Assembly: GCA_021824565.1 (NCBI GenBank)
Contig: JAKAKL010000054.1
Location: 94,061-158,060 of the forward strand
Source: Bacteroidota bacterium
GTDB lineage: Bacteria; Bacteroidota; Ignavibacteria; Ignavibacteriales; Ignavibacteriaceae
Reading direction: 5' to 3'
DNA: 64,000 nt
Shown here: positions 28,091-37,500 of the stretch, piece by piece
Numbering within the stretch: the first letter of the stretch is position 1
Layout: each line of letters starts with the position of its first letter
Translations under genes and position numbers: made by a program
Notes under the pieces: model-generated
The model's input: the letters and a program-made list of their open reading frames with translations, nothing else
The model's database searches: none
Told to the model about the DNA's origin: nothing

Positions 28091-29371
28091 CTACTTTGCG
28101 ATGCTTTTAAGCTGGTTTAGAAAATCCGGATTAGAAATATTCACACATTCATAATTATCAACGCTGCCGCCGTTCTTGATCAACAATGATAAAACTCCAA
28201 AAGCCATTGCAATCCTGTGATCGCCAAAGCTGTCGAATATAGGTTGAGTATTTTTTATTTCACCTGAAAAAGAAAAACCGTTTTCTGTTTCATGAACATA
28301 GAGCCCGAGCAAGTTTAAGTTATGGCAAATAGATTTTATTCGATCCGTTTCTTTAGCTCTTAATTCACCGGCGTTTTTAATCTCAAATTTTCCCGAAGCA
28401 AAAATACCCGCGACTGACAAAATGGGTATTTCATCTATAATATTCGGGATAATCTTATCATCAAATGAAATATTTTTCAGCTTACTGCTAAAAATATTTA
28501 AATCGCCTAAATCTTCACCGGCAATATTTTTTTTATTTTCGATCTCGATTCTCGCTCCCATTTTTTGGAGCACAGTTATAATTCCGGTCCGAGTTTCATT
28601 CAGCGAAACATTCTTGATCCTCAAAGAAGAATTTTCTGCAAGTATTGTCAGTACAATAAAAAAAGCCGCGGTGGAAATATCCGACGGTATAAAATATTCT
28701 TTCGGGTCAGGATAATTTTGCTTAGAGACGTACGATATTTTTCCTTCAGCAGTGGTCTCTGTTTTTAAGCCTAACATTTTTTCTGTGTGGTCTCTCGAAG
28801 GAATTTTCTCCACGACAGAAGTTGATTCTTCGCAGTGCAGCCCCGCCAGCAAAATCGCACTCTTTACCTGTGCGCTTGCAACTGGCATTTCGTATTTTAT
28901 CGGATGTATTTTTTCAACCGAAAATATTTTCAAAGGCAGAGTGTAATCTTCAGTTGCCTCTATTTTAGCGCCCATCAAAGTAAGCGGAGTAATAATTCTT
29001 TTCATCGGACGTTTGGAAAGAGATTCATCACCGATAATTGTAGAATTAAAATTTTGCGCAGCAAGAATTCCGCTGAGCAATCTGGTAGTCGTGCCGGAAT
29101 TCCCTGCATCAAGAAAATTAATCGGCTTCCGCAAGCGTCCTAAACCGCTGCCGGAAATTTCAACTGCGTCGCCTGAAGAATTAATTTCAATCCCCATTTC
29201 TCTAAAACATTTTTTTGTGGATTTTACGTCTTCGCCGTTTGAAAGATTATAGATCTTTGACTTCCCTTTTGCAAGTCCCGCAAACATTACAGCGCGGTGA
29301 GAAATTGATTTGTCGCCGGGTAATTCCAAAGTCCCTTCAACTTTATTTATCTTGTTAAATTTTTGAAGCAT
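28091..29371 (-). CDS. aroA: 3-phosphoshikimate 1-carboxyvinyltransferase (EPSP synthase)
   Basis: LPGDKSISHRAVMFA, LDAGNSGTTTRLLSG, ELRAKETDRI, DHRIAMAF. Confidence 0.9.
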   Translation of the reverse strand: MLQKFNKINKVEGTLELPGDKSISHRAVMFAGLAKGKSKIYNLSNGEDVKSTKKCFREMGIEINSSGDAVEISGSGLGRLRKPINFLDAGNSGTTTRLLSGILAAQNFNSTIIGDESLSKRPMKRIITPLTLMGAKIEATEDYTLPLKIFSVEKIHPIKYEMPVASAQVKSAILLAGLHCEESTSVVEKIPSRDHTEKMLGLKTETTAEGKISYVSKQNYPDPKEYFIPSDISTAAFFIVLTILAENSSLRIKNVSLNETRTGIITVLQKMGARIEIENKKNIAGEDLGDLNIFSSKLKNISFDDKIIPNIIDEIPILSVAGIFASGKFEIKNAGELRAKETDRIKSICHNLNLLGLYVHETENGFSFSGEIKNTQPIFDSFGDHRIAMAFGVLSLLIKNGGSVDNYECVNISNPDFLNQLKSIAK

Positions 29372-29385
29372 CTATTTTATCAAAT

Positions 29386-29976
29386 TTATTTTTTACACCA
29401 ATCATCTATTATTTTTTCAAGTTCAGTTTCAGAGTATTCACTTGACTCATACATTCCCATTTCTTTCCTTTGGCGAAGCCCCTCATAAGCAATGATTGCC
29501 GCCGCTACTGAGACATTTAAACTCTGTACCATTCCAAACATTGGGATTAAAAATTTTTCGTCCGCCAAATCCGCGGCATCTCCCGATACTCCGCGGTGCT
29601 CATTCCCTAAAACTATAGCAACTTTTTTTGTCAAATCAATTTCATAAAGATTTTTTGCATCATCTGAAATTGAAGAAGCATAAATTAAAAATCCTTCATC
29701 ATGCAGCTTATCGTAACAGTCTTTCACCGTGGAGAATTTTTCTTTTTCAATCCACTTATATGCTGACGCAGAGGATTTCTTTCCAATCTTAGGAAATTTT
29801 TCTTTTGTATAAATCAAAGAAACTTTTGGAATACCGGCGGCATCGCACGTTCTGAAAATAGCGCTTACATTATGCGGATCATGAATATTCTCCAGCACTA
29901 TGCGCAAATATTTTTGACGAGCCGCCGCGACTGAGGTAATCTTTTTCTCTCTTCGTTCGGTTTTAAATGATCTCAC
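29386..29976 (-). CDS. SpoU/TrmH-family RNA 2'-O-methyltransferase
   Basis: HDPHNVSAIFRTCDAAG, LGNEHRGVS, IPMFGMVQSLNVSVAAAI. Confidence 0.8.
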   Translation of the reverse strand: MRSFKTERREKKITSVAAARQKYLRIVLENIHDPHNVSAIFRTCDAAGIPKVSLIYTKEKFPKIGKKSSASAYKWIEKEKFSTVKDCYDKLHDEGFLIYASSISDDAKNLYEIDLTKKVAIVLGNEHRGVSGDAADLADEKFLIPMFGMVQSLNVSVAAAIIAYEGLRQRKEMGMYESSEYSETELEKIIDDWCKK

Positions 29977-30203
29977 GAAACTATTTTATCGAAAACTAAT
30001 TTGTAAATGGTTTTATTATTATTTCTCCGAGCTCGATCTACCTTTATTTTTCCAGAATCGACTTTCAGATAGAATCCTGCTAGCTCTGTAATTTTTGAAA
30101 GCACATCATCTTCTTCGTGCGCCCAGCATTCGCAGCCGCTTAAACTGGGGACTTCGGCAGTAAAGCCATCATTTGTCTTTACAACTATTAAATCCAGAAC
30201 CAT
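29973..30203 (-). CDS. Small HicB/UPF0150-like protein
   Basis: GFTAEVPSLSGCECWAHEEDDVLSKITE resembles the HicB-fold N-domain. It has a 4-nt overlap with the trmH-like gene. Confidence 0.4.
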   Translation of the reverse strand: MVLDLIVVKTNDGFTAEVPSLSGCECWAHEEDDVLSKITELAGFYLKVDSGKIKVDRARRNNNKTIYKLVFDKIVS

Positions 30204-30210
30204 AAAATCG

Positions 30211-31038
30211 TTAGTCTCCAGAACTAATAATTTTTACCCCGGAGCTTGTGCCGATCCTCTCGGCGCCGTTCATCAGCATTGAAATAGCATCTTGCCTGTT
30301 TCTTATACCTCCTGAAGCTTTTACGTTCATATCGCCGTCTACAATGAATTTCATTAATGCAACATCGAGTACCGTTGCGCCGCCTTTACTGAATCCTGTC
30401 GATGTTTTCACAAATTCAGCTTTTGCTTTTTTTGCGATTAAGCATGCCTTTATTTTTTCTTCATTCGTTAGAAGAGCGGTTTCAATTATTACTTTAGTTA
30501 AGACTGATTTTTCTTTCGCAGATTCTGCAACGCCGGAAATATCATCCAAAACATAATTATAGTCATGCTGCTTAAGTCTGCCGATGTTTATTACCATGTC
30601 TACTTCAACAGCTCCTGTGTTTATTGCAAGCTCAGCTTCATTTTTTTTCACCTTGATCGCATTTGCGCCTAATGGAAACCCTATTACAGTACAAACTTTC
30701 ACGCTCGAAGAGCGAAGTTCTTCCGCACATAATTCCACATAGCTTGGATTTATGCAAACCGACGCGAAGTTAAATTGTTTTGCTTCATTACACAAATATA
30801 AAATTTCTTCCTTCGTTGCTTCCGGTTTTAATAAAGTATGGTCGATTGTTTTTGCCAATACTTCGTTTGATACGGCTTCGTATTTTTTCTGCTGCTCTAT
30901 AAAAATTGGTTCAGCATTTTTATCAAATAGAATTTCAGTCTCCTTTGAAGAAAGCCATCTTAAAAATTCATCTTCATTTTTTAAGAAATCGGTAAAAATA
31001 TTTTCTAATTCTTCACAAAATATTTTTTGAATATCCAC
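30211..31038 (-). CDS. deoC: Deoxyribose-phosphate aldolase with a ~60-aa N-terminal extension
   Basis: IDHTLLKPEAT, FASVCINP, VCTVIGFPLGA, VKTSTGF (Schiff-base Lys), VKASGGIR. Confidence 0.85.
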   Translation of the reverse strand: MDIQKIFCEELENIFTDFLKNEDEFLRWLSSKETEILFDKNAEPIFIEQQKKYEAVSNEVLAKTIDHTLLKPEATKEEILYLCNEAKQFNFASVCINPSYVELCAEELRSSSVKVCTVIGFPLGANAIKVKKNEAELAINTGAVEVDMVINIGRLKQHDYNYVLDDISGVAESAKEKSVLTKVIIETALLTNEEKIKACLIAKKAKAEFVKTSTGFSKGGATVLDVALMKFIVDGDMNVKASGGIRNRQDAISMLMNGAERIGTSSGVKIISSGD

Positions 31039-31050
31039 TGCGCTTTCCTT

Positions 31051-31929
31051 TCATTCACAATACATTTTATAGGCTTTAAAAGTATTTTTAAGAAGCATCG
31101 CACGTGTCATTAAACCTACGCCTCCAGGCACCGGAGTTATGTATGACGATTTAGGAGCAACTTCATCGAAATCAACGTCGCCAACTATCTTATATCCTCT
31201 AGAAGAATTTTTATCTTCAATTCGATTTATGCCAACGTCAACTACAACGACGCCTTCCTTTACCATATCCGCTTTAACAAAATTTGGGCTTCCTATTGCT
31301 GCAATTAAAATATCCGCTTGCTTTGTATATATTGAAATGTCTTTTGCCGCAGAATGGCATATAGTTACAATTGAATTTGCTCCGTCCTTTTTTTGCAGCA
31401 TTATGTTTGCAATTGGCTTCCCGACTATATTGCTTCTTCCTAGAACGACAACATGCTTGCCTCTTGTTTCAATTTTATATCTTATCAAAAGTTCCTGAAT
31501 TCCAGCGGGCGTGCAAGATACAAAAGTGTCTTTCCCGATAACTAAATTTCCCATGCTGATCGGGTGGAATCCGTCTACATCTTTCTTCGGCGAAATTGCT
31601 TCAATTATTTTTTCTTCATTGATATGCTTGGGAAGCGGAAGCTGAACAAGTATTCCATGAAAATTTTCATCATTATTATATTTTTTCACAAGATCAAGAA
31701 GATGTTCTTCGGAAATATTCCCAGCCAGTCTTTCAACTTTGCTTTTCATGCCTATTTCTTCGCAGTCTTTAGCTTTGCTTTTAACATAAATTTCAGACGC
31801 AGGATTTTCACCGACAAGAATTGCAACAAGTCCCGGAACTTTTTTGCCTTGCTCAACGAGTTTTGAAATTTCTTCCTTTAATTCACTGCGGATTTCAGAA
31901 GCTGTTTTTTTACCGTCTAATAAAATCAT
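31051..31929 (-). CDS. folD: Bifunctional methylenetetrahydrofolate dehydrogenase/cyclohydrolase
   Basis: VGENPASEIYVKSK, ILVQLPLP, VLGRSNIVGKP, TPVPGGVGLMT. Confidence 0.9.
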   Translation of the reverse strand: MILLDGKKTASEIRSELKEEISKLVEQGKKVPGLVAILVGENPASEIYVKSKAKDCEEIGMKSKVERLAGNISEEHLLDLVKKYNNDENFHGILVQLPLPKHINEEKIIEAISPKKDVDGFHPISMGNLVIGKDTFVSCTPAGIQELLIRYKIETRGKHVVVLGRSNIVGKPIANIMLQKKDGANSIVTICHSAAKDISIYTKQADILIAAIGSPNFVKADMVKEGVVVVDVGINRIEDKNSSRGYKIVGDVDFDEVAPKSSYITPVPGGVGLMTRAMLLKNTFKAYKMYCE

Positions 31930-31963
31930 TTTACTTTCTTTTTTTTAATTTCTTACTACAAAA

Positions 31964-32953
31964 TTAATCTAATTTAGGCTTAATATCGTATTTCTCTTTT
32001 AAATAATTTTTTAATTTCTTGTCTGCTGCTATTTCTTCGGCAAAAGGATTTGAGTTTTGCCATCCGGTTTTTTTATTTAATCTATAATTTTCTAACCGGC
32101 GTAAAGAGATTTCGCAAAATACAGGATCAATATCCGAAGTGAAACATCTTCTTGCAAGAATTTCGGAGGCAATTAACGAAGTTCCAGAATGCGAAAAAAA
32201 ATCTATAACGATTTCATTTTTTTTACTGCTTGCATTAATAATTCTTTCCATTGCCTTCAGTGGCTTTTGTGCATAGCATCCGTTTACATTTTCTTGAAGC
32301 CTGTAAAAAACCTGCTGAACATCAATCCAGACATTTCCAGCGCGAATATTTTTTGATTTACTTCTTTCAAAATTATCCGTACTAATTCCGCCAACAATTT
32401 TATAATATCCTCTCAAGACTTTAGGAATTTCCGTGTACTCCGCCTCAATATTAAAATTTGGTTTACCTTTCACATAATAAAGAAGCTCCTGGCGGATAGC
32501 CATCCAATTTTTTTGAGTACCGTAGCCTCTCTGATTCCTCATAGTAATCAAACTTCTTGATGCAAATCCGCTTTGCTGCATCATCAAAAAAAATTCCGCT
32601 AACGGCTTGAAATTATTTTTCTGATCAGCTCCAAGCCAAACATATAATGAAGAATTTTCTTTCAAAGAACGATAAGAATTCTCAATCCATCGCTGACTCC
32701 ACAATATAAATTTTTGAGTTTCCCTTTCTTCAAACGCAACGAAATTATACGGCGGATCGTGAACAGCTAGCGCTGCTTTTTTGCCATCCATTAATTGTGA
32801 AATAGATTTTAAGTCCGAAGAATCTATACATGCAATTTTGTGTTTGCCGATTGGATCAATCCAAATATCGCCAATCTTAAATCTGCAATATGGGAGAAGA
32901 AGCTTTTGTAATTTTTTGTCAGTGTCGATTCTCGGCAGCGGAAAGTTCAGCAT
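31964..32953 (-). CDS. Beta-class DNA methyltransferase (N6-adenine or N4-cytosine)
   Basis: VHDPPYNF (motif IV) comes before the C-terminal AdoMet motif IDFFSHSGTSLIAS...SDIDP. No nuclease gene is adjacent. Confidence 0.75.
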   Translation of the reverse strand: MLNFPLPRIDTDKKLQKLLLPYCRFKIGDIWIDPIGKHKIACIDSSDLKSISQLMDGKKAALAVHDPPYNFVAFEERETQKFILWSQRWIENSYRSLKENSSLYVWLGADQKNNFKPLAEFFLMMQQSGFASRSLITMRNQRGYGTQKNWMAIRQELLYYVKGKPNFNIEAEYTEIPKVLRGYYKIVGGISTDNFERSKSKNIRAGNVWIDVQQVFYRLQENVNGCYAQKPLKAMERIINASSKKNEIVIDFFSHSGTSLIASEILARRCFTSDIDPVFCEISLRRLENYRLNKKTGWQNSNPFAEEIAADKKLKNYLKEKYDIKPKLD

Positions 32954-32959
32954 AAAGTT

Positions 32960-33760
32960 CTATGCTTTTTTTATGAAATCTGGAAAAGTTATTCTTTCAA
33001 GTTCTACAGTCTTTGCTGTTTCAGTATCAATCTTAAAATATAAAGCGCTTAAATGAACATCGTTTTCTGCAGTCTCGTACTTTTGCGGCGTTTGATAGAT
33101 AAATCTATTTAATGCAGCCTGGCTTTTCATCCCGATTACAGAATCATATGGACCGGTCATTCCAACATCCGTTATAAAACCGGTCCCATTTGGTAGTATA
33201 CGTTCGTCCGCCGTTTGAATATGCGTGTGGGTCCCAACGACCATGCAAACTTTTCCATCAAGAAATACTCCCATTGCAACCTTTTCAGCCGTAGCTTCAG
33301 CATGAAAATCAACAATGAAAATATTCGTCTCGTTTTTAAGCTTAGTCAAAACCCATTCAGCTATTCTAAATGGACAATCAATAGGAGACATAAATGTTCT
33401 GCCTTGCAAATTGATAACGCATACTTTTGCTTTCTTCGAATCAAAAATATAATAACCATTTCCATATGCACCTTTAGGATAGTTTAAAGGTCTAATGGCG
33501 CGAGGCTCTGCTTTCAAATATTCCTGAGATTGATGTTTATCCCATGTATGATTTCCCCCGGTAATAACGTGAACACCAAGACTAAAAAGTGCAGAACCTT
33601 CTTTCTCAGTGCAGCCTTTTCCATCTGCTGCATTTTCACCGTTGGCAATTACTAAATCTGCTTTATATTTTTGAATCAAACTCGGAAGCCATGTTTGCAC
33701 AATAGTTAGACCGGGCTTGCCGATTATATCCCCTACAAAAAGAACGTTCAATAAACTCAT
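32960..33760 (-). CDS. ymdB: YmdB-like metallophosphoesterase (TIGR00282 family)
   Basis: VLFVGDIIGKPG, ANGENAADG, GGNHTWD, DFHAEATAEK, VGTHTHIQTAD. Confidence 0.8.
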   Translation of the reverse strand: MSLLNVLFVGDIIGKPGLTIVQTWLPSLIQKYKADLVIANGENAADGKGCTEKEGSALFSLGVHVITGGNHTWDKHQSQEYLKAEPRAIRPLNYPKGAYGNGYYIFDSKKAKVCVINLQGRTFMSPIDCPFRIAEWVLTKLKNETNIFIVDFHAEATAEKVAMGVFLDGKVCMVVGTHTHIQTADERILPNGTGFITDVGMTGPYDSVIGMKSQAALNRFIYQTPQKYETAENDVHLSALYFKIDTETAKTVELERITFPDFIKKA

Positions 33761-34545
33761 ATTTTCCTAAAATTTTGCGGTGAATATATTTAATTTCAGC
33801 CAAATTTTAAAGCCAAAGCAAAAGTAGATAAAAAAACGTTAAATTAGTTTTGAAGTATATTTTCAAAAGTAAAAAATTATGTCAAAAAATAATCTGCATA
33901 GACTTGACAATAAAAAAACAAGTGTTATATTTACATCACAACTAAAAATAATATGTTTTTTATGCATTCAGCAACAAAGAGATACTATTTTCTATTTATA
34001 CTTTTATTCTTCTTCGTACAAAATGTAAAATCATGTCCCGCTGCTAATAAACCTTACCAAAGTTCCAATTCTTTTCTTGCTTTTACTAACAACGAAATTT
34101 TAGATCTCACAGTAAATGATACCTACTTAAATTTCAGAAACTTTATATACAGCCCAAGACAAGTAAAGCCGGATAGGAAGATCTGCTGTTCCCCAAAAAT
34201 TTTATCAAAAAACGAGAACATACTATTTAAAAATAATTTTGCATATATCTTTCTCAAAATACAACCAAAATCTAAATACGTAGACCAATCTAACCACTGC
34301 TGCTTTCGGAATTGAGATAACAAACCTGCCGAAACAATCGTCAATTATTCTTTTGCTAAGTTGTGTAACAAACAAGTAAAGTAAAGGATTAATTGAAATT
34401 TTCTTATAACAATTTTAGAACTAAAAAAGTAAAGGTTTAAATAAAGTAGTAGGAAAATTACGATTCCCAAATTAATCTATTTTATTCCGCAATATTAATT
34501 GCGAGACCTAAAAACATTTTTTTGAAACATTTAATCGGGATTTAT

Positions 34546-37500
34546 ATGAAAAATTTATTAAAACTATTGTCTATTTTATTTGTACTTATTTGCGTACAAG
34601 TATCAGCACAAATGCCGCCTAATCCGCGTTTAGTGGAAAAAATTAAAAAAGGCGAGATTGCTAAACCCTACTTCTTACAGAATATAAACAAAGTCAAACA
34701 AATGAAAGTTGAAGCCCCTTGGACTTCTAAAGAATTAAAAGCTATGAAGACACCGCTCCATAAAGGCTTTGTACGTTCATTTGGTCCGGCTAAAACTCCA
34801 TCCGGAGATTATAATGCCTTAGTAATACTTACTCAATTTTCTGATAAAGCTTCACAGACGGCTGCAAGCTCGTTTGACAACTTGTTGTTTCAGTCTACGA
34901 ATGGAACCTTAAGAGACTATTACGAGAAAGTAAGTTATGGAACTCTTCACATAACAACCATAACTGTAAACTTGCCCAGTTCAATGAATTGGCAGACTGC
35001 ACCGCAGCCATACAGTTACTATGTAAACGGTATGAACGGTTTCGGCACTTATCCGCAAAATGCGCAGAAACTTGTCGAAGACATGGTTAATTTAGTTGAC
35101 CCTCTTGTAGATTTTTCGCAGTACGATAATAACGGCGATGGTTACGTTGACGCATTGTTCATAGTACACACAGGCCCTGGTGCAGAATATACTGGAAGCA
35201 GCAATGATATCTGGTCGCATTCATGGTCAACATATACACCTCAATATTTAGATGGCGTTTATATTAGCAATTACTCAATGGAACCTGAATATTGGCTCAC
35301 TCCCGGCGATATGACGGTAGGAGTTTATGCTCATGAAATGGGACATGCAGCTTTTGGTTTGCCTGATCTATATGATTATGACGGCTCATCCGAAGGACTA
35401 GGAATGTGGAGCTTAATGGCTTCTGGAAGCTGGAATGGTGCTACCTACATGGGCGAAATGCCAACTTCACCGGATGCTTTCTGTCATGTTCAAATGGGTT
35501 TTATAACCCCAACTGTCATTGCTGACAATACAGCCTCTGTTTCTATCAGTGATGCCGAAAGTAATCCTGCCGTGTTTTTATTAAGTAAAGATGGAGCGCC
35601 AAGCTCAGAATATTTTCTTGTAGAAAACCGGCAGCCAATCAGCTACGATAAATATTTACCAAGCGATGGAATTAATATTTTCCACGTTGATGAAAGTGTT
35701 ATGACAGGTAATGACTATGAATGGTATCCGGGTCATACTTCATCTGGGCATTATCTCGTGGCGATGGAACAGGCCGACGGTCTTTGGCAGCTTGAAAGAA
35801 ATGCTTCCATGGGAGATAACGGCGATCCATATCCGGGCAGCACTGCAAATACTAACTTTACACCTAGCACTACTCCCGGCAGTTACGATTATCAAATGAA
35901 TAACACATTCTGTGCAGTTAAAAATATTTCTTCTTCATCTACAACTATGACAGCCGATTTTGAAGTTAAGAATACAAACACATTGCCCGAACCAACGAAT
36001 TTAACCGCAGCGCCGGGAAATAATTCTGTGCATCTGTCATGGGAAGCTCCGCTTCCTCCTGGAACTTCCATTCTTGGTTATGATGACGGCACTGCTGAGA
36101 CTATGTGGTATATGACTACTCAAACCGGCAATGAATTATTTGCTGTTGCTTTTACGCATAATAATCAGTTTACGATTAACAATGGTTTATATTATTTGCA
36201 GAATCCAACATCCACTGATTTCTCCGTGAGTTTCTATGTTGTTGGTGATGCTGGCGGCTATCCTGATATTAACAATGTTCTTACTGAAGCAACTAAAGTT
36301 ATTCCAGCTAACACCACCGACTGGTTCAACGTAGATTTCCCTGATGTTACGCTTCCGGCTAATTCTGTTTTCTATTTGCTGTGCAAATGGGAAAACAATA
36401 ATATTTATTATGTTGGCGGAGATGATGATTCACCGCATTCGATGAGCTGGTATACCGCTGATCATGGAATGAGCTGGTATAATTATACTATTAGTGACTT
36501 TATGATTAGAGCTGTTATTACTTCTTCAACTACAAGTCCTTTCGCAGTTACTCAAACTCTTAAGCCGATTAACGGCAATGTAGATCCGAAACAGATTCTA
36601 TTAAAGGAAAAAGTAAAAACTATACAGTCTGCACTAGGTACTGTTAACAATAATTCCAAACAATCCCTTGCTTACAAAACTTTTAGTAATAATGTTAAGC
36701 TTGGAGTAAAAGCTGTTAAAATTTCTAACCCTGCAAAAGTAAGCTTAGCGCCGGTATTTGATCATTACAATATTTACAGGAGCCTTAGCACAGGTAGTTA
36801 TTCTACAGCGCTGGGAACAAGCAATGTATTAACTTTTGACGATAACTCGGCTGTAAACGGCACTAAATATTTTTACGTCGTTACAGCAGTTTATACTTCT
36901 CCTTCCGGCGAATCTAACTATTCTAATGAAGTCTTTGTAACACCATTCGATCCTGCTTATAAAGATATTCATTCGCCTTACTCGACCAATATCCCCGTAA
37001 TAGATGGCGTAATTAATTCCGGTGAATGGGATGACGCTTGGGTTAAGGATATTACACTTGGCGGAAATCCTTGCCAACTCTACGTGAAGAATTCCGGAAC
37101 TATGCTATACCTAGCAGTCGTCGATAAGAATCATACTCTTTACGATGTAGACCAAATCGGAATTTATTTCGATAAAGATCATAACCACATGTGGGATAAT
37201 TTTACTCCATCCGGCGAAGGTAATTTTTGGGTTATGTGGAACGGTACTTATAGCCAAACTGATTTAGAGTTTAGAGGCATTTACGGCAATCCTCCAAACT
37301 TTGAAAATTCTATTTTAAATCCTACCGGATTAGCAGGTGTAATTAATTCTTCTGCTACCGAGTGTGTCTATGAAACAGCAATTGACTTAACAACCAGTAA
37401 GTTAACTGCTACACCAGGCAGTACAATTGGTGTCTATATCTTTTCTTATGACAACTACACCGGCTCGATGACCGGAGCTTTCCCGGAATATCTGGGTTCA

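Noticed and set aside
28422-29252. Cluster of plus-strand ORFs (28422-28715, 28565-28768, 28752-28946, 28835-29143, 29013-29252)
   Set aside because: All are antisense to the well-supported aroA gene. They are typical shadow ORFs in an AT-rich genome. The same applies to the many other short antisense ORFs inside icd-like, acn-like, prpD-like, citE, citF, folD, deoC, feoB and others.
33953-34315. 120-aa ORF with a hydrophobic N-terminus upstream of the M6 peptidase
   Set aside because: It lies in an AT-rich intergenic region, has no SD or recognisable family, and overlaps a minus-strand ORF of similar quality. It could be a small secreted Cys-containing protein, but it is not supportable from sequence alone.
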